A stretch of 64,000 nt of DNA from a virus (Duplodnaviria; Caudoviricetes), in IMG/VR virus record IMGVR_UViG_3300025150_000002, positions 32,001 through 96,000 of that record. One strand, written 5' to 3'. This document shows, one piece after another, positions 46,033 to 55,166 of this stretch (positions are counted from its first letter, which is position 1; each line of letters opens with the position of its first letter). The notes below the pieces were generated by a model, which worked only from the letters and a program-made list of their open reading frames with translations, was not told the DNA's origin and did no database searches. Made by a program: the position numbers and the translations under genes.

Positions 46033-46875
46033 CTACGAACAAACCCTGTCTGACCGACCATCGGCCAACACGCCACGTCGTTTGAGTTCCCAGTAGTCCC
46101 AGATCTGTAGGTTCAGATCTGGACGGCTCTCTTGAAGAGCCTTGATCTTCTTCATCTGTTCTGGACTCTCGACCCCCTTGACATCGACCACGGTGGTATC
46201 AGCACCGTCGTAGATCCAGAAGTCGGGGGTATAGCGTTTGGGCCTGTCGTCGACCTCGACCTCGTAGGTGACAAGCTCGTAGTCCCACGACATTCCCTGC
46301 TCATCAAGCCAACTCGCCATTCCAAGTTCCCAAGTTGACCGCATTTTGAACTTACGGCCGAGCTTGTCTGTGAAACTTAGTCGTGGACCACCACCCCATG
46401 CCGCTGGTCGCATACCCACACCGTTGCGCGATAGGACAAGACAGATAGCGGATTGGGAGGTGCCGTAGCGACGAGATAGGGCAATTGTGTCCTCGCCGCC
46501 CAAGTAAAGCCGGACCATCTCCGACTCTTCGGCATCAGACCACCGCCTGTTACGGGTGCCTGTCCTATCGACGTCCACACCTTGCTTGTGGAGAGTTTTG
46601 TAGACGCAATCAGGCTTAACGTCCATCTTCGCAGCGATGTCGGGCCCGGATACTCCCTGGTTGTAGAGCTCAACCATCTGCATCTGCTGTTTCTTTGTGG
46701 TCTTGATATGAGTCAAGTTCTTATACAGTAGCTTGACGCCGAGCTTCTTTGCGCGACAACGCGTCGTCGACTGGTCCCGGTCAAGCTGTTCGGCACACCA
46801 CTTCCCTCCGCGAGTAGGGTAGTTCTCGCGGATGAAAGAATCGTCAGAAGTGATCCAAGGGCGTCCCATCCTCAA
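46033..46875 (-). CDS. HTH + PD-(D/E)xK (TnsA-N-like) free-standing endonuclease
   Basis: MRSTWE...WLDE..MSWDYE...YTPDFW...VDVKG; several N-terminal HTH repeats. Confidence 0.8.
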   Translation of the reverse strand: MRMGRPWITSDDSFIRENYPTRGGKWCAEQLDRDQSTTRCRAKKLGVKLLYKNLTHIKTTKKQQMQMVELYNQGVSGPDIAAKMDVKPDCVYKTLHKQGVDVDRTGTRNRRWSDAEESEMVRLYLGGEDTIALSRRYGTSQSAICLVLSRNGVGMRPAAWGGGPRLSFTDKLGRKFKMRSTWELGMASWLDEQGMSWDYELVTYEVEVDDRPKRYTPDFWIYDGADTTVVDVKGVESPEQMKKIKALQESRPDLNLQIWDYWELKRRGVLADGRSDRVCS

Positions 46876-46973
46876 CTCGAAAGATCTGTGTCAACGGCTC
46901 TGGCCATGTCGTCTCCTGCTTGCGCCTTCAGTCTACCGTGTTGGCAGAGGCTGCATCACTCGCGCATCACGAG

Positions 46974-46988
46974 TGAGTCTAGCAGAAT
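46974..46988 (+). promoter_or_regulatory. TGAGTCT-N3-AGAAT motif copy 4
   Basis: TGAGTCTAGCAGAAT, intergenic, between two minus-strand genes. Confidence 0.5.
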
Positions 46989-47022
46989 CGTAGCATGTGG
47001 TCCAGGCTATCGATGCTCCGAA

Positions 47023-47526
47023 TTATCTACGCCACTTGGTCCAGGCGGACTTGTTACCGACCAAGTGCTCCAACTGATGAATAAGCTGCACGAACCGTGG
47101 GTTGCAGAGCGGTGTCAAACCCCCCTGAGGTGCTCTCAACCTCTGAACACGTTCAACCGCTTGCTGCGGGCCCATGCCAGCGACCTTCATCAAGGTGAGC
47201 GCTGAAACCAGTGAGGACCTGTTCAAGCCCATGGCACAAGACGAAAGACATGACTTCCCATCGCGGAGACGATCGCTGAACAGATCAGACGCCTTGTCGG
47301 CGCGCACTGCGGTCTGCGTCAGCTCGTCTTTCTCTGCCTGTGGGTTGTCGTCGTAGCCCATTTTGATGAGCTCGTAACTACCGCTCGGGTCGTTCGGCTG
47401 GTACTCCTGGGCAAAGAGCCCGATTACGTGAATCCGGCCATCTGGTTGGCGCAAAAGCTGGGTTACATCGGTCAGGTCACCCTGCCAAAGTTGCGCACCA
47501 GACCTATGAGTGAAAAGTCGATCCAT
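47023..47526 (-). CDS. dual-specificity / tyrosine phosphatase
   Basis: CX5R loop CAMGLNRS; LCNPRF. Confidence 0.85.
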   Translation of the reverse strand: MDRLFTHRSGAQLWQGDLTDVTQLLRQPDGRIHVIGLFAQEYQPNDPSGSYELIKMGYDDNPQAEKDELTQTAVRADKASDLFSDRLRDGKSCLSSCAMGLNRSSLVSALTLMKVAGMGPQQAVERVQRLRAPQGGLTPLCNPRFVQLIHQLEHLVGNKSAWTKWRR

Positions 47527-47590
47527 GTCCTAATTGTATCCGGGGTGTAAGCTAACCAAGGGCGCATCAGCGCTCAATGCTGAATCCTGA

Positions 47591-48100
47591 ATGCTGAACG
47601 GGGGTGCGGTGCCGACAGACAGGAGAATGTTGTTCATCGAAGCCCTGGCAGGGATATCTGCTAAGCCTACTCGACGCAGGCGCGGAAGCGCTAGGTGCTA
47701 CGGGCCACCGTGTGAAATCAACGACTGTCCTGGTCAGACAGTGGGCAACAAGCCTTACTGTCTCGATCACGTTCACCTCATGCCCTACGCGGCCAAAATC
47801 CAGGAACGCGAGGCCGCCAGAGATGTCGAAATCGCGAGCGCAGACGGTCCGCCACTAGATGGGTTCGTCGCCCAAGACCTTCTCGGCGCGATCAAGCTGA
47901 CGCAGTCATCCATACCAGCCCTTGCTCGTGATCTTCGTGTGCCGCAAAAGGTCGTGGACAAGCTGGTGCGACAGCTCATAAAACTCGGCAAGGTTAGGAT
48001 TCGTCGGTCGAAGCGCAGCGTCTACGTGATCCGTATTCCAGACCCTAGCGACGATTTTCCTGGATCAGCCGTAGAACCTCCGGACGAATCGAGCGAGTGA
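47591..48100 (+). CDS. zinc-finger + winged HTH DNA-binding protein
   Basis: CEINDC...YCLDH; SIPALARDLRVPQKVVDKLVRQLIKLGKV. Confidence 0.6.
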   Translation: MLNGGAVPTDRRMLFIEALAGISAKPTRRRRGSARCYGPPCEINDCPGQTVGNKPYCLDHVHLMPYAAKIQEREAARDVEIASADGPPLDGFVAQDLLGAIKLTQSSIPALARDLRVPQKVVDKLVRQLIKLGKVRIRRSKRSVYVIRIPDPSDDFPGSAVEPPDESSE

Positions 48101-48347
48101 ACCACTCCCCCCGATGACGCCACTCGGCGAACCGAAGGTGCAGCTGCCGCTCAGTTGTGCCGGTCCCATCATCGGCGACGATCACGCCTAGAAGGCGCAG
48201 CTCGCAATCAGAACCGGTCTGAAGCTGCGCAACCCGCGAGCTCACGGATCCCGTGGTAAACCCGACCTTGATTCGGCCGGTCTCGACGTTCTCCAGGAAA
48301 TAGACCTTGGTCATTCGATTCGAGATTGCCGGGTAGAAGAGGTTCAT
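48045..48347 (-). CDS. GIY-YIG T5orf172/MUG113-like protein
   Basis: VYFLE...RIKVGFT...RVAQLQTG...ERQLHLRF...GEWF; start at 48347 or the next Met. Confidence 0.8.
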   Translation of the reverse strand: MNLFYPAISNRMTKVYFLENVETGRIKVGFTTGSVSSRVAQLQTGSDCELRLLGVIVADDGTGTTERQLHLRFAEWRHRGEWFTRSIRPEVLRLIQENRR

Positions 48348-48506
48348 GACTTCTTCTACCAGAATACCGGATCCTGCGGATCGAAACCCCACCCTGACGA
48401 ACGACCAGTTGCGGCTCTACTTGCGGCCCGAGTCCTGCATCAGCTTCGCGCTGCAGGCTGTGGTCCGCGAGCTTCTGGAGCGCGCGCTGAAGGAGGTGAT
48501 CGCCCG

Positions 48507-49442
48507 ATGAAGAACTTCGTAACCGATGAGCTGATCTTCATGACGGTGGCCGGCAGCCGCATGTACGGCACCAACATCGCCACGTCGGACGTCGACAAGC
48601 GAGGTGTCTGCGTCCCACCTAAGAAGGTGGTCTACGGGTTCGCCAGAAACTTCAATCAACAGGAGTTTCCCAACGAAGACACGGTGGTGTTTTCGCTGAT
48701 GAAGTTCATGCAGCTTGCAGCTGATGCGAATCCAAACGTCATCGAGCTGCTGTTCGCGCCCGACGACTGCGTCGAGGTGTGCCACCCCACATGGGGGCGC
48801 CTGCTGGAGAGGCGAAACCTCTTCCTCACGGCCAAGGCCTATCACACCTTCACCGGCTACGCGCACAGCCAGCTCAAGCGGATCAATGGTCACAGGGCGT
48901 GGCTGATGAACCCACCGACACACAAGCCTACTCGCGAGGAGTACGGCTTGACGGAGGCGGGACAGGGCGTGCGCGATCTGGCCCGTGGTATCGACCTCTC
49001 CGAGATCAGCCCGGAGACCCTCCAGATCATCGAGAGGGAGAAGGCCTACAAGGCTGCCCTGACCACCTGGAACCAATACGAGAAGTGGAAGACGGAGCGA
49101 AACAAGGACCGGGCCGCGCTAGAGGCGGCCCACGGATTCGACGTCAAGCACGCTATGCACCTGATGCGGCTCCTTCGGATGGGAAAGGAGATTCTGACCA
49201 CAGGATCGCTTCACGTTCGTCGGCCCGACGCCGCCGAGCTACTGGCGATACGCGCCGGTGAGTGGAGCTACGACAGGTTGGTCGGAGAGGCTGAGACTCT
49301 CAAGGCCGAGCTTGACGAGGTATACGAGAACAAGACTTACGTGGTACCCTTCGGGGCCCCACACCAGGAGATCTCGGACTTCTGCATCGAGCTCCACGAT
49401 TACCACTGGGCGAACCACGCCAAGAGCGCCGAGGACGAGTGA
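48507..49442 (+). CDS. nucleotidyltransferase, DNA polymerase beta superfamily (phage RNA-repair-type)
   Basis: AGSRMYGT...SDVDKRGV, NPNVIELLF, FDVKHAMHLMRLL, ELLAIRAGE. Confidence 0.85.
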   Translation: MKNFVTDELIFMTVAGSRMYGTNIATSDVDKRGVCVPPKKVVYGFARNFNQQEFPNEDTVVFSLMKFMQLAADANPNVIELLFAPDDCVEVCHPTWGRLLERRNLFLTAKAYHTFTGYAHSQLKRINGHRAWLMNPPTHKPTREEYGLTEAGQGVRDLARGIDLSEISPETLQIIEREKAYKAALTTWNQYEKWKTERNKDRAALEAAHGFDVKHAMHLMRLLRMGKEILTTGSLHVRRPDAAELLAIRAGEWSYDRLVGEAETLKAELDEVYENKTYVVPFGAPHQEISDFCIELHDYHWANHAKSAEDE

Positions 49443-49446
49443 GGCT

Positions 49447-49632
49447 GTGAGAAACCTTCAGCATCTCAAAGAGCCGGACCTCAAACCTGACCGCTTAGAG
49501 GCCTGGAGAGCTTTTCAGGCTGCGCTCGCCGAGGCGCGAACCAAACTAGCCGCTCTCTCCGCTCGCACACCAGGTGGGGTAAGCGAGAGATGTTGGGCAG
49601 GGCTCTACGAGGCCGACCTGTGGTCGAGGTAA
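49447..49632 (+). CDS. small hypothetical protein
   Basis: GTG-started 61-aa ORF filling the gap. Confidence 0.4.
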   Translation: MRNLQHLKEPDLKPDRLEAWRAFQAALAEARTKLAALSARTPGGVSERCWAGLYEADLWSR

Positions 49633-49654
49633 CCCACCTTACAAGGAGAATACG

Positions 49655-50248
49655 ATGAAGCCTGGGCTCTACGACATGGTTCGCGTCACCGACCAGACCG
49701 GTGTCTCCGGTACGGGCCGCGTTGCCCAGGTAGCGGTCTTCGAGGACGGTTCTGCCGTCGTGAGGTGGATGACGGGGAAGGACTCCACCGTCTGCTGGGC
49801 CAAGGTCCAAGACGCACTGGACGTTCACATCAACTGTCACCCCGATACAACCAAGCTTATCCCGGTGGGGGCCCTTCGGGAGCAGCACCAGAGTCCACGA
49901 GAGGTCGACGAGTCTGCCAGGTGGGCCGCGATCCGTGACGTCGACAGGCGAACTACTAAGGCCATCTACGACTGGTGTGCCTCCCGTGCGGTCCGGTGCA
50001 AGGAGCACAATAGTCACGGGCTCTACTTCGATGTCTGGGTGGGGACCAAGCAGATCATGTTCGACTGCTCGCCCGAGGACATCTCCCACGAGCTACGGCG
50101 CGGCAAGGGCATCGTCGTCGTACGTGACGCGTCCCACGGTTGGGACAACATGAGGATCTACGGAACCATCAACATGTTGGACAACGACGCTGGCCGAACG
50201 CTGGACATCTGGCTTGGATGTGGAGAGGAGCGGATCGAGAAGGACTAA
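49655..50248 (+). CDS. hypothetical protein
   Basis: AAGGAG RBS; DQTGVSGTGRVA...F.DG..VVRW N-terminal motif. Confidence 0.75.
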   Translation: MKPGLYDMVRVTDQTGVSGTGRVAQVAVFEDGSAVVRWMTGKDSTVCWAKVQDALDVHINCHPDTTKLIPVGALREQHQSPREVDESARWAAIRDVDRRTTKAIYDWCASRAVRCKEHNSHGLYFDVWVGTKQIMFDCSPEDISHELRRGKGIVVVRDASHGWDNMRIYGTINMLDNDAGRTLDIWLGCGEERIEKD

Positions 50249-50294
50249 CTCGATGCATCCGACACCAGACTCCTTACGGTCAAAGGACAGCTAG

Positions 50295-50636
50295 ATGGGA
50301 GCTCAAGTGCATATTCGGTTGGAGAACTGCGGCCAGCGGAAGATCCAGGTCATCAAGGACTTGCGGACCGCCTACGGGTTCAACCTCGTGACGGCCAAGT
50401 CTTGGGCCGACAAGGCGCCGTGCATCTTGCCCGCGACTCCACCTGGAGTGGCCGGTAAGCTGATCAAGGATCTGCGGGACAGCGGGGCGACGGTTTCTGT
50501 GGTCGACCCGTCGGTGTTGGACCAGATGGCGGCGGTGTCCTTCATCCAGTCGGCTGCGGCCTCTCTTGGAGAGGGCGATCTGGCAGAGACCCGGACCGCA
50601 CTGAGAGCCGCGCTTGCTCTGGTTGGCGATGTCTGA
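50295..50636 (+). CDS. ribosomal protein bL12 (L7/L12) C-terminal domain homolog
   Basis: GQRKIQVIKDLRTAYGFNLVTAK...AP.IL...A..LI..L...GATV aligns to the L7/L12 CTD [23 protein letters not shown]. Confidence 0.8.
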   Translation: MGAQVHIRLENCGQRKIQVIKDLRTAYGFNLVTAKSWADKAPCILPATPPGVAGKLIKDLRDSGATVSVVDPSVLDQMAAVSFIQSAAASLGEGDLAETRTALRAALALVGDV

Positions 50637-50973
50637 GGACTACGACTGCCAGGCCTGCGGGGCGTGTTGCATCTCCAACTGGGACACCGAGACCTACATC
50701 TATGTCTCGGACAACGACATCAGGCGCCTCCGGATGGCATATGCCGAGCCGACCGTTAAGCGCCTCGTTGGCGGACTGGACGATCCCATGGAGCAAGGAA
50801 TACGCACCAAGAAGAACACCCAGGGCCACATCGCCTGCATTGCACTGCGCGGCGCTGTAGGAAAGCGGTGCTCGTGCGGAATCTACGAGGCACGGCCCAA
50901 GGTGTGCCGAGGCTTTAAGCCGGGGTCAGAGTCGTGCCAGTATGCCCGCCAAGAGGCGGGCATTGACACCTAG
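50629..50973 (+). CDS. YkgJ-family CxxCxxCC cluster protein
   Basis: DCQACGACC...CIAL...CSCGIYEARPKVCRGF. Confidence 0.85.
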   Translation: MSEDYDCQACGACCISNWDTETYIYVSDNDIRRLRMAYAEPTVKRLVGGLDDPMEQGIRTKKNTQGHIACIALRGAVGKRCSCGIYEARPKVCRGFKPGSESCQYARQEAGIDT

Positions 50974-51272
50974 CCTTGTTGAACCGCCGACCTGGGAAGT
51001 CGCCAGTAGGTTCCATCAGAACGCGCTTGCAGGATGGAGCCGCTCCCTACGTTGTAGGTCTGGTCCAGCCTGTCGATCTCCACCTGGGCCGCGAGCGCCT
51101 TCATCCGGGCGAGCTCGACCTGTAGGTCAGCTACCAGTGATCGGAGGTTCGCCGCCTCGGCGGTTACCTCCCGCAGCCGGGCTGCAAGAAATACAGACGC
51201 ATCGACCTGAACAGGGACATCGGCGGACGCCGGTGACAAGCCCTCCTGCGCGGTGGTCGTATTCTGGTCCAT
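50970..51272 (-). CDS. small coiled-coil protein
   Basis: 100-aa ORF with heptad segment. Confidence 0.6.
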   Translation of the reverse strand: MDQNTTTAQEGLSPASADVPVQVDASVFLAARLREVTAEAANLRSLVADLQVELARMKALAAQVEIDRLDQTYNVGSGSILQARSDGTYWRLPRSAVQQG

Positions 51273-51350
51273 CTATCACTCCGAGGGTAAGTCCGCCCGC
51301 ACATTGAGGGCGGCCGTTTAGTGTTTAGGCTTCGGCAGACGTTGTGCCAA

Positions 51351-53408
51351 CTACGCCATCAGTCCGAGGTCTCGGAGCGTTGTTCTGATCGTATTGATCT
51401 TAGCAGTCAGATCCGAGAAGTTGTCGTTGATGGTAGCGTCGTCCCCTGTACCAGCTACGGCCACGACCGTGTCGTTAGCCGTGCCGCCAGTACTGTCTGT
51501 TAGCGCCACCATATCCACCGGCTGGGCGACTAGGGCTGCTCCGAAAAACCCAACCTGAGTTGATGTAAGCCGATGAAAATCGGCTCCGATGACCGCGCTG
51601 GTCCCGAAATACCCGGTGCGTGGGCGAGTGGCGCCATCTGCGCCGATGTCGTAGGTGTCGTCTGCTACCGCCAACAGGTGACCGGAGTTTGTGACCTGCC
51701 AGCGGCCAACCCCGGCCGTGTCTAGCTGAACTCGCCCGTGGGTTCCACCTCCGGCGGCTATACCACCGCGAACAAACGCGTTGGCACCGTGGTTATTGTT
51801 GGAGACGCCGTCCCCGCCCTTGAGAATACCGTCGGCGGCCAGACTAACCAGCGTGGCGCTGGCATCACCTCCGCTAAAGGTGCCGGTCCCGGACACCCCG
51901 CCTACAGCGTCTGTGACCCCTCCTCTTACCACCAGAGGTCCGGCGGTGGTTCCGGGCCCTCCCTCAACGGTGACTGCGCCTCCGGTAATACTAGGGCCAG
52001 CACCACCGACCACCAAAACAGCGCCGCCTCCAGCGGCACCGGATCCACCTCTGATCTCAGCTAACCCACCAACGCCGGACGCACCACCGCTACCACCTCG
52101 AAACCGGCTAGCGCCGCCAGCCCCGGTGGTTAGCCCATTACCGGCGATGAGGTCAAGACTGGCTCCGTCGACGGTGGCGCTGATGGAATCGACACCACGA
52201 ATAGTGGTGACCGCCCCCTCTAGTCCGATGTTCAGTTGTAGTCCGGCTGGATCCCAGTGGACCAGATTTGACCCGTCACTGGCGGCGAATTCCCCTGGCG
52301 CGTTAGCAACAGATGTCGATCCGATATTCAACCAGTTTGTGATCGATACGCCCTCACCCACAATCACCTGCGTGGACAGTACCTGTTGGGTGTTACCAGG
52401 CGCTCCGGCGGGCGCAGTTCGGAGCTGGATGGTGCTTGGTGTGGCGTTGCCGGTCCCAGGGCCCGCGACGATGATAAGGTCAGACCCAGCCTCGTTGGTT
52501 TGAGCAGTACTGATCCTAGAGGACGAGACGGTTACCGATTGAGCGGTGGTGCCCACCTCACCCTTACCGAGGTAGAAAACAGCGATCGGGTTTGACTGCG
52601 ACCCGAACACGAACTGGTTTACGGCCGTGGTGGCGGCGCCCGCACCCCAGGCGTGCGCTCCGTCGAACGTCGATGCGGCCCCACGTCCCCACGCAGAGCT
52701 GTCGACACCCGAAGCTCCCGCGCCGTATCCGACCGCTTGAGCTCCGGCCGCCGTGGCCGAACTGCTAGCCCCGACAACCACTGTCTCAATGGCTGTGGCG
52801 GACGATGATCGGCCGGAGGCTACGCTATCCTGCGCGGCGGCGGCGCTGCTTCCAACGGCAACGCTAAAATCACCAGAAGTGGAGGCGCCGGCTCCGATGG
52901 CCGTCGAGTTGGCAAAGGGAGTTGACGCCGCGTTTCCGACCGCCAGCGAAGACGCTCCAGCAGCAACAGACCCCAGTCCAAACCGCTCGCTTGAGCCCCC
53001 GGCGCCAGGTGAACTAATGGCGCCGTTTACGACCAGGAGTCCGGTCGTAAATCCTCCAGGCGCGGCATCAATGGTGAACTTGACGGTGCCTGAAGGCGAT
53101 GCCAACCCAGCGCTCACCTGATCTGCGTCATTGACCAGACGAACCAGCGACCCGGTGTCGTGCCACCCCGCGTCCACGCCTGGGCCCGTGGGCCCCTCTG
53201 GACCCGCCACAACGGTGAACCCGGTCGCTGGCGGACCAACAGTTTCGGTGATTTTGTTCGCTGCTAGAAGCCGAGCTACGGATGGGTTGCTCGACAGCGA
53301 TGTGAAAACGGCGCCCGGTGCATAGCTCGTCGACCCGTAACCATCTACCTCTTCCACGACGACGGGGAGTGGGGAGACCACAAGGTATGTCGTAAGCACT
53401 GCTTGCAT
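51351..53408 (-). CDS. fibre/adhesin-like virion protein with YadA-head-type repeats and Gly-rich beta-helix
   Basis: STAIGAGA, SVAVGSSA, AQAVGYGA, SSAWGRGA repeats; GG.G..GG repeats. Confidence 0.75.
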   Translation of the reverse strand: MQAVLTTYLVVSPLPVVVEEVDGYGSTSYAPGAVFTSLSSNPSVARLLAANKITETVGPPATGFTVVAGPEGPTGPGVDAGWHDTGSLVRLVNDADQVSAGLASPSGTVKFTIDAAPGGFTTGLLVVNGAISSPGAGGSSERFGLGSVAAGASSLAVGNAASTPFANSTAIGAGASTSGDFSVAVGSSAAAAQDSVASGRSSSATAIETVVVGASSSATAAGAQAVGYGAGASGVDSSAWGRGAASTFDGAHAWGAGAATTAVNQFVFGSQSNPIAVFYLGKGEVGTTAQSVTVSSSRISTAQTNEAGSDLIIVAGPGTGNATPSTIQLRTAPAGAPGNTQQVLSTQVIVGEGVSITNWLNIGSTSVANAPGEFAASDGSNLVHWDPAGLQLNIGLEGAVTTIRGVDSISATVDGASLDLIAGNGLTTGAGGASRFRGGSGGASGVGGLAEIRGGSGAAGGGAVLVVGGAGPSITGGAVTVEGGPGTTAGPLVVRGGVTDAVGGVSGTGTFSGGDASATLVSLAADGILKGGDGVSNNNHGANAFVRGGIAAGGGTHGRVQLDTAGVGRWQVTNSGHLLAVADDTYDIGADGATRPRTGYFGTSAVIGADFHRLTSTQVGFFGAALVAQPVDMVALTDSTGGTANDTVVAVAGTGDDATINDNFSDLTAKINTIRTTLRDLGLMA

Positions 53409-53502
53409 GATGGCCCCAACGGGTGACGCTTTATCGCCTAGTATACACCGTCGGCATCACCTAAATCCGTAGTCCGGAAACCTACTCGGCGGGCTAGAGC
53501 AG

Positions 53503-53727
53503 TTAGTCGTTGATAGGGCCAGGAAAAGTGAACCTCCGATTGCGGTGTGGTCTCCGCACTCGCGCCAACCCGCCCACCGCTGGTGGTAGCCCATCCAGAG
53601 TGTGGATGAAGGCTGGTCCCTGAATAACCCCCGGAACACCTTGAGATTGATGGCTGAACGCAGGGCCTTGAACCAGTCCTGGCGGCCCTTCCGCAAGGTG
53701 GATAAACGCCGGGCCTTGAACAGCCAT
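53503..53727 (-). CDS. small protein with three QGPAF repeats
   Basis: VQGPAFIH / VQGPAFSH / IQGPAFIH. Confidence 0.6.
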   Translation of the reverse strand: MAVQGPAFIHLAEGPPGLVQGPAFSHQSQGVPGVIQGPAFIHTLDGLPPAVGGLARVRRPHRNRRFTFPGPIND

Positions 53728-53729
53728 TC

Positions 53730-55166
53730 CTACACCGTCTCAGGAACCAGCACAGTTAGATTGGTTCCGTTGAGGATCGAGTCCGTGAAGAAATCCCAGG
53801 TGACAGTGTTCACAGTGGTGCCATCTGCAGTCACGCCCTGAACCTGGTTCCCAACCCGGGTTCCACCCCCTGTGGCTGTCCCGGTCAGTGTCGCCAAAGC
53901 CACTGCGCCCTGCTGGGCGACTGATCGTCGAAACTGAACGTCTACGGTTCCACCGCCCGAGGCTATAAACGCAATGGACTCTCCTCCCGGGACAGGAGTA
54001 ACGGATACGATCCGAACGCCGTCTTGGGTCGGCGTGTAGAAGTAAGCGCCGCCGTTTCTAGTGGAATGATGCATTGAGTCGCGCACAGCGCCGCCCGATC
54101 CTACGAACGTGATCAACGTTGCGGGCCCTTGCCATTGGCGGATACTAAACGGTGTGCTGGGCGCGGAGTCCTCGCTAAACGCAAGATAGGTCAGCAGTGT
54201 ACCAGGAGACGTCTCTGTGTCCTGCACTAGATGGCAACGCTTTGTTAGGCTGGCGCTTGCACTGCCGCCATCGCCGGTAGCGATAAGGTCCGTCGTAAGC
54301 ACGCCGCTTGTGATGTCTGTCATCCCGGTCCCATCGAAAGGAGATGGGATGCGACTGCACCTCCACCCATAAGAAACGTTGTTGATGAAGTGGATCGAGA
54401 ACAGATCAGTACCGTCCGAGAAAAGCGCCAACCGTGTTTCACCGTTGGTGCTTATTACACCTGGTGTCGCCTCAATGACGGCAGCCGCTGACCAGGCACC
54501 TGTGAACTTTAGTAGTCTGATCGTGGACGGACTGGTTGTAAACACCGATAGGTAAAGCACACCGTCTGGACCAATGGCGAACGACGATATGGCGTAGTGT
54601 GAGAACCCAGAGGAGTAGGTAGCCCATGTAGCGGTGGTTGGATCGAAAGAATACAGGACCGCGTTAGACGCGAGTCCGTGTAGAACGTGAATAGTCGTAC
54701 CGTAGAGGATCTCTGCTCCTAGGATAAAGGACGCATTTGATGGGCCCAAGACCTCAGCAGTTGCCCCGTCACTGAGCCTGTAGCTCCAACCAACCATGGT
54801 GTTGGTGACACTACTCTTGAACCATCCGGCGAGATAGGTTTCCTGGGTTCCTGGATCGTAGACAAAGTGGATCCCACCATGTCCGATCCTTAAATCAGTG
54901 GACGCTGCGGGTGAAGTGAACGCGAACACGCTGGTAAAGGTAGCGCCACCGTCTATGCTTCGATAGAGGCCGTCGAACAGGACAGCCCAAAGTCGATCGC
55001 TGTCCGTTTGAAGGCAGCAATTCAGCGGATTATGGGCGTTCGCCCCCTCCGCGCTTATGTTCGTTCCGAAGGCTGCGCTCAGGGCGATCTTGGAGAACCC
55101 TCCGACGTATCGGTAGACGATAGGCTGAGCGACACCTCGCTCGGTTACGGAAAGCCAGTCAGCCAT
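53730..55166 (-). CDS. beta-propeller-like virion protein
   Basis: 478 aa; LYRSIDGGATF (BNR/Asp-box-like), IGPDGVLY blades. Confidence 0.65.
   Translation of the reverse strand: MADWLSVTERGVAQPIVYRYVGGFSKIALSAAFGTNISAEGANAHNPLNCCLQTDSDRLWAVLFDGLYRSIDGGATFTSVFAFTSPAASTDLRIGHGGIHFVYDPGTQETYLAGWFKSSVTNTMVGWSYRLSDGATAEVLGPSNASFILGAEILYGTTIHVLHGLASNAVLYSFDPTTATWATYSSGFSHYAISSFAIGPDGVLYLSVFTTSPSTIRLLKFTGAWSAAAVIEATPGVISTNGETRLALFSDGTDLFSIHFINNVSYGWRCSRIPSPFDGTGMTDITSGVLTTDLIATGDGGSASASLTKRCHLVQDTETSPGTLLTYLAFSEDSAPSTPFSIRQWQGPATLITFVGSGGAVRDSMHHSTRNGGAYFYTPTQDGVRIVSVTPVPGGESIAFIASGGGTVDVQFRRSVAQQGAVALATLTGTATGGGTRVGNQVQGVTADGTTVNTVTWDFFTDSILNGTNLTVLVPETV

Noticed and set aside
48192-48510. Startless plus-strand open frame ending ...ELLERALKEVIAR* overlapping the T5orf172 gene
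   Set aside because: It may be the remnant of a disrupted gene, but there is no start codon or recognisable homology to support a call.
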